A stretch of DNA of 63,222 nt, filler included, from Planctomycetota bacterium (GTDB taxonomy: Bacteria; Planctomycetota; Planctomycetia; JALXBF01): the NCBI GenBank assembly GCA_026991575.1. It is 8 parts of 8 records of this genome, joined end to end, with 100 filler letters (N's around TTAATTAATTAA, not from the genome) between each part and the next. Parts side by side here need not be neighbours in the genome. Positions count along the whole stretch, not along the records: positions 14,880 to 41,805 come from JALXBF010000019.1; 7 more parts are not named here. The stretch is one strand, 5' to 3'. The position numbers were made by a program, and so were the translations under genes. A model generated the notes under the pieces. It made no database searches and was not told the origin of the DNA. It was given only the letters and a program-made list of their open reading frames with translations. Positions within the stretch are counted from its first letter, which is position 1. Each line of letters starts with the position of its first letter. Positions 19,496 to 28,623 of the stretch are shown here, one piece after another.

Positions 19496-21684
19496 CAAAG
19501 ACAGACGGAGACGTCTCCCTTTATCAGCACTGTGTCGATGTGCTCCGCCTAGGGCACATTCTGGCCGAACGCCTCGGCCTTGACGGGCCGACCGCTCAGC
19601 GGGCTTTGCTGGCCTGCGCGCTGCACGACATCGGTAAGGCGACCGAGTCCTTCCAGGCGTACCTGCGCGGGGAAAAGGGACAGGGTGACTATCATGCTCT
19701 AGCCAGTTTCCTTATCCTGCTCGTGCTGGAAAGACGCCTGCTGAACCACACTGGTGAAAGAGTCCCCGGGGAGTTTGTTGCGTCTGCGGCGGTCCTTTCC
19801 CATCATTCCCCTCTGCATCCCTCGCTGTACGAATCGGCAGCCCCCATCCGGTACCATCCCAACATTCGCGCCGTGCTCGAAGAGCTGCTCGGAGCGCTGG
19901 CGGACCATGGTATAGTGGTGAGCAAGCTGTCGGAGGAAGACTGGCGTCGGATCGAAACTATGGCGCGACGCCCGGCCTACGTGCTTCACGGTACTTCGGG
20001 CCGAAGCGAGGCTGACCCCCTGCTGGAGTGGTTCCGCGTTCTGGATCGCAGACGTTTTGGCCAAGTAAAGGCGGTGCTCCATCTGGCGGACTGGCTTGCG
20101 TCTGGCAATGCTTCGGTGGACAGCTACGTCGCAGCCGAGCCGGTGCCGTGCGCGGCCAGTGTACGTGCTCAGTTACGGCACCGCATTCGGCCTTTTCAGG
20201 CCAAATCCGCGGCCCTGGGCGACCGGTCTGTACTCTACCTGCAGGCGCCGACCGGCGTGGGCAAGACGGAAGCGGCCCTTCTCTGGGCGGGTAGCCCCCA
20301 CCGTCTGATCTACCTGCTGCCCACGCAAGCGACGACCAACGCCATGTGGTGCCGGCTGCGCCGGTTGCTCGGGGAGAACCGCGTTGGACTGGCTCACGGG
20401 CACTCCGTCCTGGAGCTCCGTTCCGCGCACGAACGGTCCAATGGCAATCGGCCGTTCACGATCGACGACTGGCTGTTCGACAGCGTTTTCGCCCGGCCTG
20501 TCACCGTGGCAACGCTCGACCAGTACCTGTTGGCACACTTGCACGGGCGGCATTGGGAGGTGAGACTGACGCTGAGTCGGTCCGCCACGGTCATCGTCGA
20601 CGAGGTGCATGCGTACGAGCCATATACGCTGGGCATATTGGCTGCGGCTCTGGAGACCGACCCGCCGAAACGCCTTGCCGTCCTAAGTGCAACGCTGCCC
20701 AGCGTGCTCCGTGAGCGCCTTCCCGCCGGGGTGCTACTACAGGCCGACGACGCGTTGTGGCGACAGCGGCGGCATCGGCTGAGACTGTGTGACGGCGGTA
20801 TCGCTGAGATGCTCGACCCCATAGTCGATGCGGCCCGACATGGGCAGCGAGTGCTCGTCGTGGTGAACACCGTTCGAGAAGCACAGGAGCTGTTCGACAA
20901 GTTCCGCAGTCGCGCTCTCGACATCCCGGTGACGCTGCTGCATAGCCGATTCACCCAGCACGATCGACGACCCAAGGAGGACATGTTGAGACACGCTCCG
21001 GCAGGGTCGGTATTGATTGCTACTCAGGTCGTGGAAGTCAGCCTCGATATTTCGTACGACGTGCTCTTCACGGAACTGGCCCCGTTGGACGCGATCGTAC
21101 AGCGAATGGGACGGGTGAATCGCTACGGGGAAAAAGACTACGCGCGGGTCTGGGTTTGCACGGACGTCTCGGAGCGGTCACGAAGGCTGTACGGCGAAGA
21201 GGTGCTTCGACGCAGTAGGCACCTGCTGGAGGCGGTCGGTACGGAGCCCGATCAGGCGGACTTGCGGAACGCCGTGGACGAACTCTACGGTCACGTTGCG
21301 GCCACGCAGGCCTGGATCAGTGCGTTCGAGGAAGGCCGCCAGCTGGTGGACGATTTGCACCGTATCCTGGGCACGTTCACGGTTCATGGCAACGATCAGG
21401 ACATCACGCATCGGTTCGGCACACGCCGCGGCACGTTCACGATCCGCGTGCTGCCGGACGTGCTCCGCGAGAAGGCGATGGAGCTGCACGAAAGTGGGCA
21501 GACGTGGCGAATCCGCGACCTGACCGTGCCGGTTCCGTACTGGTGGACACTGGCTTGCCCGCAAGCGTTCTACGCTTGTGAGGACCTGAAGCTCCCGGTG
21601 ACCAGGCTAGCCTACTGTGCCGAACGGGGACTTCGGGACGTCGCCGAGGACCAGGGCGTTGAGCTGGAGGCCGTTTTTCTCTAA
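19480..21684 (+). CDS. cas3: Cas3 HD nuclease-helicase (fused)
   Basis: HD domain (H...LHDIGKA...HHS...LADWLAS), APTGVGKT, DEVH, SAT, HSRF, ATQVVEVSLDI, QRMGRVNR. Confidence 0.96.
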   Translation: MAELLAKTDGDVSLYQHCVDVLRLGHILAERLGLDGPTAQRALLACALHDIGKATESFQAYLRGEKGQGDYHALASFLILLVLERRLLNHTGERVPGEFVASAAVLSHHSPLHPSLYESAAPIRYHPNIRAVLEELLGALADHGIVVSKLSEEDWRRIETMARRPAYVLHGTSGRSEADPLLEWFRVLDRRRFGQVKAVLHLADWLASGNASVDSYVAAEPVPCAASVRAQLRHRIRPFQAKSAALGDRSVLYLQAPTGVGKTEAALLWAGSPHRLIYLLPTQATTNAMWCRLRRLLGENRVGLAHGHSVLELRSAHERSNGNRPFTIDDWLFDSVFARPVTVATLDQYLLAHLHGRHWEVRLTLSRSATVIVDEVHAYEPYTLGILAAALETDPPKRLAVLSATLPSVLRERLPAGVLLQADDALWRQRRHRLRLCDGGIAEMLDPIVDAARHGQRVLVVVNTVREAQELFDKFRSRALDIPVTLLHSRFTQHDRRPKEDMLRHAPAGSVLIATQVVEVSLDISYDVLFTELAPLDAIVQRMGRVNRYGEKDYARVWVCTDVSERSRRLYGEEVLRRSRHLLEAVGTEPDQADLRNAVDELYGHVAATQAWISAFEEGRQLVDDLHRILGTFTVHGNDQDITHRFGTRRGTFTIRVLPDVLREKAMELHESGQTWRIRDLTVPVPYWWTLACPQAFYACEDLKLPVTRLAYCAERGLRDVAEDQGVELEAVFL

Positions 21685-21741
21685 GAAATCCGCTCCCTGC
21701 GGCATCAGCATTGCGGGGACAGAGACCGGTGCTCAGAAGGC

Positions 21742-22580
21742 ATGAAGATCCGATTCTTCCTGATCATGACACCACCGAATAAGGTCGCTGTCGTTCTCCG
21801 GGACTACCAGCATTACCTCCAGGGCGCATTCTGGCGCCCGCTCACCGAAGAGCAGCCCGTGCTTGATGGTCCCTTGCACAAAGACAGACTGAAAGCACGC
21901 ACACGCGGTTACCGTATGCTGACGTTCGCCAAGCTATTCCCGCCGTTAGCCAAGGCCGGCCAGCGCGGCCTCATACTGTACCCGAACCTGCACTGGCTGG
22001 TCTCCACTGCACGGAACACAGTTGCCAAGGCGTTGGAGCGTGCCGTGCTAGGGCGGGGCCAGATCCATGTGCACAGACAGCCATTCCTGATCCAGTACAT
22101 CAAGTAGTCGTCGCTCCCGCATTTTGGCCCCGGCCCCATGTTGTTCGAAACCCTCTCCCCGATGGTCGTTTCTCGCCCGGTAGTCAATGAGCGTGGCCGC
22201 CTGACGCGAAGGAGTACCTCTCACCTGACGATCCGGAATTCTGGCAACGCGTCGCCACTAATCTGTGCCAGAAGGCAGAGGCGTTCGGGTTGGAGCAGAT
22301 CGGCACAGTGACGTTCCGACCGGTCGGTCAGTGGCGCTCGCGGCTGATCGCCGTGCAGGGCGCGCAGGTGCGCGGATACGAAGGAAAGATCGTTGCTAGC
22401 GGAGATCCGGATTTGATCTACCTGGGTTACGACGCCGGGCTCGGTGAGCGGAACGCGCAAGGATTCGGCATGTTCGGGCTTCCTTACGATCGCACCCCGC
22501 CGAAGCCAGTGCATCTGGAATACCTCAGAAGGCGACGGGCCGAATGCCGCGCACCAGCGAAGGATGGTGACGTGTGTTGA
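21742..22580 (+). pseudogene. cas6: cas6 disrupted by an in-frame TAG (22105-22107) and a frameshift near 22205
   Basis: N-part DYQHYLQG...LH...TFAKL; after the stop the same frame reads TLSPMVV; a shifted frame reads KEYLSPDDPEFW...NL..K...YDAGLGERNAQGFGM (Cas6 G-rich loop). Confidence 0.88.
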
Positions 22581-23051
22581 GGCGACTCTTGCCCACGTCC
22601 GCGCCGCGCTGGCCGACTGCTGGACGTACGAAGTCCACGAACACTTCGACCAGGTCTGGTGGCTGTTCGTGGCGTCTGGCCCCGAGCCACGAGCTCTCTT
22701 GAAACGCATTCTGGCCCGTGTGCAGGCCTGGTTGGCCACCGGTGGCGATCTCGTCCTCGCCAAACGGTGGCCCCGGGAATTTGGCGAAACGGTCCAATCG
22801 GAAGCTCACCCGGCCGGGTTTTCGCTATCCCGCGCGCTGCCAGTTCAATGGCACTGCCCGGCCGAAGGAGACCACCTGCAGCAGTCCACAGCGTGGCCAC
22901 TTCGGCGGCGTCCGTGAAGTAACGTCCTGCCTTGTAAACGTCCGATCGTCTCGACCGAACGGTCCCCCCTGAGTGCTTCGCGAGGTGTGATCAACGGCGG
23001 CAACGACGTCGTCTGCAACTGCACAGCAATGCGTGCCTTCACGTGGTGAGG

Positions 23052-23264
23052 CTACTGGATGGGATCGATCCCAAGAACGCGGATCGAACCGCTATCTGGT
23101 CGGCGTACCTCCTCAATACACTCGACCGTGGTCGTCTTCCCCGCGCCGTTGGGGCCAAGGAGACCGAAGGTCTCACCCCGGTCAACCGTTAGCGAGACCT
23201 TGCCGACGGCAACCACGGATCCGTATCACTTGGTGAGTTTGTCGAGCTCGATCGCGTGTGCCAA
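23052..23264 (-). pseudogene. ABC transporter ATP-binding protein, N-terminal fragment
   Basis: Manual translation [46 protein letters not shown]...[13 protein letters not shown]; internal TGA at 23226-23228; remainder absent. Confidence 0.85.
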
Positions 23265-23606
23265 TGGATGGAATCCACCTGTCCCGCGATTCAGTACGTC
23301 CGACCGTCTCGATCGGCCCCAGTTCGGTTCGCTCGTACCGACCGGTCGTCCCCCCATGCCACTGGCTGCGCCCCGGCCTCGCTCAGAGCCCACAGCGTCT
23401 CCACTCGCCCCTTATGCGACAGCTGAGTTGCACTCCCGTCGGGATGTTGCCACGGCACGGTGGAGCCGCTACCGTAGACTGTTGCCAAGATCGACTGGGA
23501 GGTCTATTCGCGTTGCCAGGTCGGATCTTGCCCGGTCGAGCTTTCTCGGACAGACCAGCCTACCGTGTCGGTCCGCTTCGACTGAGACGTACCTGGAGCG
23601 TGTGCT

Positions 23607-25352
23607 GTGTGTTCGAAAACGACCCTGGTGCTGGCGGCTGCGGTTCTTGCCTTGGGTGAGTCCGACGCCGACTGGCGTAACGTCCGCAACGGTTATCGTA
23701 TTCCCGACGAAGGGTACTGCGACCAGCCGTATGTGGTCGTCTTGCCCGACGGAGCCTGGCTTTGCGTGTTAACTACCGGGCCGGGCCGTGAAGGGCAGCC
23801 CGGACAGCACATCGTCGCGGTCCGCAGCACCGATCAGGGCCGCACGTGGTCAGAGCCAGTTGACATTGAACCGTCCAGCGGGCCGGAGGCTTCGTGGGCA
23901 TCTCCGCTGGTCACGCCCTCTGGCCGAGTCTATGTCTTCTACACGTACAACGGTGACCGGATCAGGCGGTTGCCGGGGAGCAACCGGCCGATTCGTGCCG
24001 ACATGTTGGGCTGGTACTGCTACCGCTACTCCGACGACGGAGGCCGGACGTGGTCCAGGCGGTACCGCTTGCCGATGCGTGTGACCGAGTGCGATCGAGC
24101 CAACAATTGGGGCGGCCGCGTGCAGATCTTCTGGGGGATCGACAAGCCGAAGGCGGACGGTGGCATCGTGCGCTTCGCGTTCACGAAGATCCGCCGGTAC
24201 ATGCTGGACGGAGGCGAGGGGTGGTTGTTTGCCAGCAACAACATCCTGACCGAAACAGACCCGGAGCGGCTGCATTGGGAAATGTTGCCCGTTGGCGATC
24301 GAGGCATCCGGTCGGAGCGATACGGGTCCGTTCAAGAGGAGCATAACCACGTGCCGCTGGGGGACGGCGAACTCTACATGGTGTACCGGACGACGCAGGG
24401 GTATCCGTGTCACACGTACAGCCGGGACGGTGGCCGTACGTGGGAAGAACCGACGCCGATGACGTACTCGCCAGGCGGTCGAGTGGTGAAGAATCCACGA
24501 GCGTGTCCCAAGCTCTGGAAGTGTCGCAATGGGAAGTTTCTTTTCTGGTATCACAACCACGGCGGGCGATCGTTTCAAGAACGGAACCCGGCCTGGATCG
24601 CGGGCGGCGAACTGCGCGATGGCCGCATCTGGTGGAGCCAGCCTGAAGTGGTGCTGTACGACCCTGACCCCGACGTCCGGATCAGCTATCCGGATCTCAT
24701 CGAGCAAGACGGCCGTTACTGGATCACGGAGACTCAAAAGAGTGTGGCCCGGGTCCATCCGATTGACCCGGCATTGATCGAGGGGTTGTGGACGCAGGGG
24801 AAGTTGCGTCAGTCGGTGCAAGACGGCTTGGTCCTGGACGCCGGCCCGGGCGATCATCGCGTTCCCGGGCAGGTGGACCTGAGCAAGCAAACTGGTGTAA
24901 CGTTGGACCTGTGGCTGCGTCCCGGCGAGTTTGCTGAAGGGCAGTGGCTGGTCGACACGCGAGATCGGCACGGCCGTGGCATCTTGGTAGAAATCACCGG
25001 TCGGCGGACCGTGGCGATTGAGCTGAACGACGGGGCGGGCCGTGTTCGTTGGGAGGCAGATCCCGGCCTGCTCGTTTCGGGTAAGCGTCATCACGTTGTT
25101 GCGATCGTCGACGCGCGGCCCCGATTGGTGCTGTTTGTGGTTGACGGCCAACTGTGCGACGGCGGTTCGGCCCGCCAGTATGGCTGGCTTCGGTACGAGC
25201 GACCCCTTGGCGACGTAACCGGCAGCGGCCGCGTCAAGGTCAACCACGCCGTCGCCCGGCTGCGGTGGTACGCTCGCTACCTCCGCATCTCAGAAGCCGT
25301 CGCAAACTACCACGCCCGTTCAAGCAGTTCTGGTGGCTCAAGCAGTCCGTAG
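23607..25352 (+). CDS. BNR/Asp-box sialidase-fold protein with LamG-like C-terminal domain
   Basis: Signal peptide; Asp boxes STDQGRTWS, SDDGGRTWS, SRDGGRTWE; SYPD; C-terminal HHVVAIVD...VDG. Confidence 0.8.
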   Translation: MCSKTTLVLAAAVLALGESDADWRNVRNGYRIPDEGYCDQPYVVVLPDGAWLCVLTTGPGREGQPGQHIVAVRSTDQGRTWSEPVDIEPSSGPEASWASPLVTPSGRVYVFYTYNGDRIRRLPGSNRPIRADMLGWYCYRYSDDGGRTWSRRYRLPMRVTECDRANNWGGRVQIFWGIDKPKADGGIVRFAFTKIRRYMLDGGEGWLFASNNILTETDPERLHWEMLPVGDRGIRSERYGSVQEEHNHVPLGDGELYMVYRTTQGYPCHTYSRDGGRTWEEPTPMTYSPGGRVVKNPRACPKLWKCRNGKFLFWYHNHGGRSFQERNPAWIAGGELRDGRIWWSQPEVVLYDPDPDVRISYPDLIEQDGRYWITETQKSVARVHPIDPALIEGLWTQGKLRQSVQDGLVLDAGPGDHRVPGQVDLSKQTGVTLDLWLRPGEFAEGQWLVDTRDRHGRGILVEITGRRTVAIELNDGAGRVRWEADPGLLVSGKRHHVVAIVDARPRLVLFVVDGQLCDGGSARQYGWLRYERPLGDVTGSGRVKVNHAVARLRWYARYLRISEAVANYHARSSSSGGSSSP

Positions 25353-28306
25353 TCCAGCGTGTCGTAGGCGGTGCCTGGTGGTGGGCCCTGGGGCGGGGCC
25401 CGGTGGAACATCACCGGCCAGGCCGAACCGCGGACCGGGCCGGCATGATGTGGGCCAAGCGTGTTCCGTAGCGTCCCCGTGACCAGGACGTCAATCGTGT
25501 TGCGGCCCGGTTTTAGCCAACCGGTGACAGGGCAGACCCACGGCGGACTGACGAGATAACCCGCATGCTGCCCGTTGACATGAACCTCCGCCACGGCTCC
25601 GTCCCACTGCAACAACCTCACCGCATACTCGCGGTCCACTCGCGGCAGGTGGACACGGAACCGGTAGCGAACGGTCTCCCCGTAAAACGGAAACCCCTGC
25701 TCTCGCCACGGGCCGAACCGAAGAGCCTCCAGCGGCTCTAACACGAAGCCAGAGTCCGTCGCCTCCAGGCCAAACGAGCCGCGAACGTAGACCGGTTCCA
25801 GTTCGTGGAACACGGTTGTGGCCGTCGCGATGAGCGTCAACTCATTCTCCCCCTCACGCACGAACCGGGCGATCGGGATCTGCTTGAACGATCGGTCAAG
25901 CCACCACCGATCCGTCGGCTGGACTGCGCTGCCGTTGACCAGAATCCTCGCGTACAGATCGGGCCGCTCCACAACGACGTGCAAGTCCTCTGGCACCGGG
26001 CCCGAAACCGTGAACCGATAGGTCGCTCGAAAGCCGGAGTCGGCGGGCAAGCGAAGATTCAGCAGATCGTCCCTGAACTGGACCGCCATTTCCCACGGGT
26101 TCCCCGGAAGACCGACTGCCTGGAAGACGCGTCGGGCCGCCTGGTGAAAATGCAGCCCACGGTACTCGCCGTCGCTGAGCTGCAGATCGACGTAGTCCAG
26201 GGGCAGTACGTTCGGCGCAAGCGGCTGGACCTGTTCTGGTTCCAGTCGCTGACGCACTTTCCAGGCAGCGCGCGGGCCAGCAGGGGCCGGCGCTTCACGC
26301 AAACCAAAGAAGAGCAGGATGCTGCCGGCTGGAGGCACCGTCAGCGTGGCCCGCACATGTTTTCCCGTGCGGTTGTACTGGACGGGCTCGACGTTGCCGG
26401 TGAACGGATCCCAGCGTTCGATTCCCGCTGCCCGGCCGACGACGGACACGTTGGCTTCCTCCGATAGACTCGTGTTTACCAGGAACAGGAACTGGCCGTC
26501 CGCCACGGCACGGCGCTCGTGGTACAGAATCCCTCCGTTGTGCTTGTCGATCCGAACTGTCGGCTCATGGAAGCGGTTCAGCCGGTGAGGGAGATCCTGC
26601 GGGTCAACGATCTCAAATCCCTTCGACGTCGTCAGCTTGGCGATTCGGTCGCTCTGCCGCCCGCCGATTCGTTCCAGCGACACCGGTCGGCACGCGAAGA
26701 TCGCGCCTCTGTTGGCCGCGAATCGGACCAGCAATCGGAATGTTGTTTCTTCGAGGTTCTCCATGCCCGGCGGGATCACGATGGACGAGTACCGGGCGTG
26801 ACCGACGACGAACTGCGTCCCTTCGACCCTGCCGTGCTCTTCGAGCACGCGCTCTGAGCCGAGATCGAATTCGACTTGCGATTGAGCGAGTTCCGTGACG
26901 AACCGCTGGAACTGTTCGCCCCGCTTGTCGAGGTCCGGTTCGCCCTGGTACATCCACAGGGAGGTTGTCGGTTCGAGGACGAGGATGCGGCGCGGGGAAT
27001 GCCCCTGGGACAGGACGTAGCACAGGCGAGTGAAGTAGTCCGCCAGGACGTGGTACGCCGGCCACCAGGGTTCGTGGCTGGAAAACGACTGCGGATGGTC
27101 CCGTTTTCGGCTGCCCCTAATGCTAATAAAGGAAAGATGTTCGCAGAGTGTGTTGATGCCCAGGACGAGGTTCCAGTCCGCGATCCGCTTCATGTCCACG
27201 AACCGAAGGTCCCAGCCGGCCGCTCCAAAGATCTCGCACAGTGTCCGGCGGCGGCCGAGCTGCCGAGCGACGCTGGCAACTTCCAGGACCGAGCGCACGT
27301 TTCCGAACTGGCCGTGCACCGACTCGTCGTAGCGGTTCATCAGGATGTCGATCGCTGGCCGATGGTGCCAGGCGTACACGGCCATGTTGTCCGGCACCCT
27401 CCGTGCACGCGGCCACTCATGTTCCCAGTAGTGTCCGGTCCACTCGAGGCCGTATCGGTCGCATCGTTCCGCGTACGGTTTGCACCAGCGTTCCAGGAAG
27501 AGGTCCAACAGCAGCCGGTAGTAGTCGTGCCGGACTCGTTTCCAGTCCCCGACGTGCTCGCGCAGTGCCGGAAGCTCTCGTTTGAGGTCGTAGCCGAATC
27601 GTCGCTCGAATGCGTCGACCAGATCCTCCGTCCACGGTAGTCCACCGGCCGGATTGATGTGCGGCTCGTCGGTGAAGACGCCTGGGACTTGCTTCCCCAG
27701 TGCTTGGCCCAGATGCTGTGCGTAGGCATCGAGTGTGATGTCCAGGAACTTCTGCGTGACGCCGGGTTTCAGCAAGTCGACGTACCAGTACCCCCCGAAC
27801 CAGCCCCTGGCCGGCGCCGGCCGCAGGCGGGCAACAAGCCAGCGGCCGCTACGCGGGAGGGTGGCCACGATGTCGGGCCCCGGCTGAGGCGGCCGGTTGA
27901 GTTCTTGCCAGTAGAGGCCATGGCCCCGAGACTCCGGCATCGTGTGCGGAACCCACCCGCCGGCGAATCCGGACGGGTACGAGTTTTCGTCGTAGATCCA
28001 GAGCTTCATGCCGAGCTGCTCGGCCTCGCGCAGAGCAACCCGCCAGAGCTCGAACCACTCGTCCGACAGATAGGGCGTGACCAGACCGGGTCGAGGATGG
28101 ACGAACGCCTGGTAGACATGCTGGTCAGCGAGTGAGCGTAGCGTACGGCGGATATCGTCGGGTGTGAGTTGATCGTTCCACACCCACAGGGGGGCGGTGC
28201 GGTACTCGACCGGCGGCTGTCGGAAGTAGCTCCGGAGTTGTTCGGCGTCGGGCTCGCTGGAGGGAGGCCCGCCGAGGAGGAGCAGCGTAATCAGCGGCTG
28301 GAGCAT
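25307..28306 (-). CDS. Glycoside hydrolase, GH106 alpha-L-rhamnosidase-like, with C-terminal sugar-binding domain
   Basis: PLWVWN, HPRPGL..PYLS..W, WIYDENSYPSGFAGG, FTDEP, CEIFGAAGW; convergent and overlapping with the sialidase gene. Confidence 0.8.
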   Translation of the reverse strand: MLQPLITLLLLGGPPSSEPDAEQLRSYFRQPPVEYRTAPLWVWNDQLTPDDIRRTLRSLADQHVYQAFVHPRPGLVTPYLSDEWFELWRVALREAEQLGMKLWIYDENSYPSGFAGGWVPHTMPESRGHGLYWQELNRPPQPGPDIVATLPRSGRWLVARLRPAPARGWFGGYWYVDLLKPGVTQKFLDITLDAYAQHLGQALGKQVPGVFTDEPHINPAGGLPWTEDLVDAFERRFGYDLKRELPALREHVGDWKRVRHDYYRLLLDLFLERWCKPYAERCDRYGLEWTGHYWEHEWPRARRVPDNMAVYAWHHRPAIDILMNRYDESVHGQFGNVRSVLEVASVARQLGRRRTLCEIFGAAGWDLRFVDMKRIADWNLVLGINTLCEHLSFISIRGSRKRDHPQSFSSHEPWWPAYHVLADYFTRLCYVLSQGHSPRRILVLEPTTSLWMYQGEPDLDKRGEQFQRFVTELAQSQVEFDLGSERVLEEHGRVEGTQFVVGHARYSSIVIPPGMENLEETTFRLLVRFAANRGAIFACRPVSLERIGGRQSDRIAKLTTSKGFEIVDPQDLPHRLNRFHEPTVRIDKHNGGILYHERRAVADGQFLFLVNTSLSEEANVSVVGRAAGIERWDPFTGNVEPVQYNRTGKHVRATLTVPPAGSILLFFGLREAPAPAGPRAAWKVRQRLEPEQVQPLAPNVLPLDYVDLQLSDGEYRGLHFHQAARRVFQAVGLPGNPWEMAVQFRDDLLNLRLPADSGFRATYRFTVSGPVPEDLHVVVERPDLYARILVNGSAVQPTDRWWLDRSFKQIPIARFVREGENELTLIATATTVFHELEPVYVRGSFGLEATDSGFVLEPLEALRFGPWREQGFPFYGETVRYRFRVHLPRVDREYAVRLLQWDGAVAEVHVNGQHAGYLVSPPWVCPVTGWLKPGRNTIDVLVTGTLRNTLGPHHAGPVRGSAWPVMFHRAPPQGPPPGTAYDTLDYGLLEPPELLERAW

Positions 28307-28623
28307 CACTGGTCTCCGTGCTGCGGCCACCTGGGATGTCCGATGCTGGGCCGGCCGGGCAGCGTGGGGTTGGGCTGGTCGGTGATGTCCAAAACATCCT
28401 AAACAAGAGTTACTTTAGGTATTTTGTGTCGGCGTGGCGCTACAGTTGGCGGCGATCCATGAGCTGGGTGGGCCGTTCGCTTCGGCCTGGTCAGCGCGTG
28501 GGCTGCGGTGAGTGGTTCGAGAAGGGGGGGCATCATCCGGAGGGGATCGAAATCGGCTCTTGGCTCTTGCGGCGTCTCGATCGGCCCCGATTTGGTTTCG
28601 CCGGTCGTGCCGACCGGCTACCG

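Noticed and set aside
22105..22210. Programmed read-through or frameshifting restoring Cas6
   Set aside because: It would need both amber read-through and a frameshift; no slippery heptamer is visible and TAG is used as a normal stop elsewhere in the window
22564..22917. ORF after cas6 as cas4/cas2 or an accessory cas gene
   Set aside because: No Cas4 Cys cluster or RecB motif and no Cas2 signature; coding status unsupported
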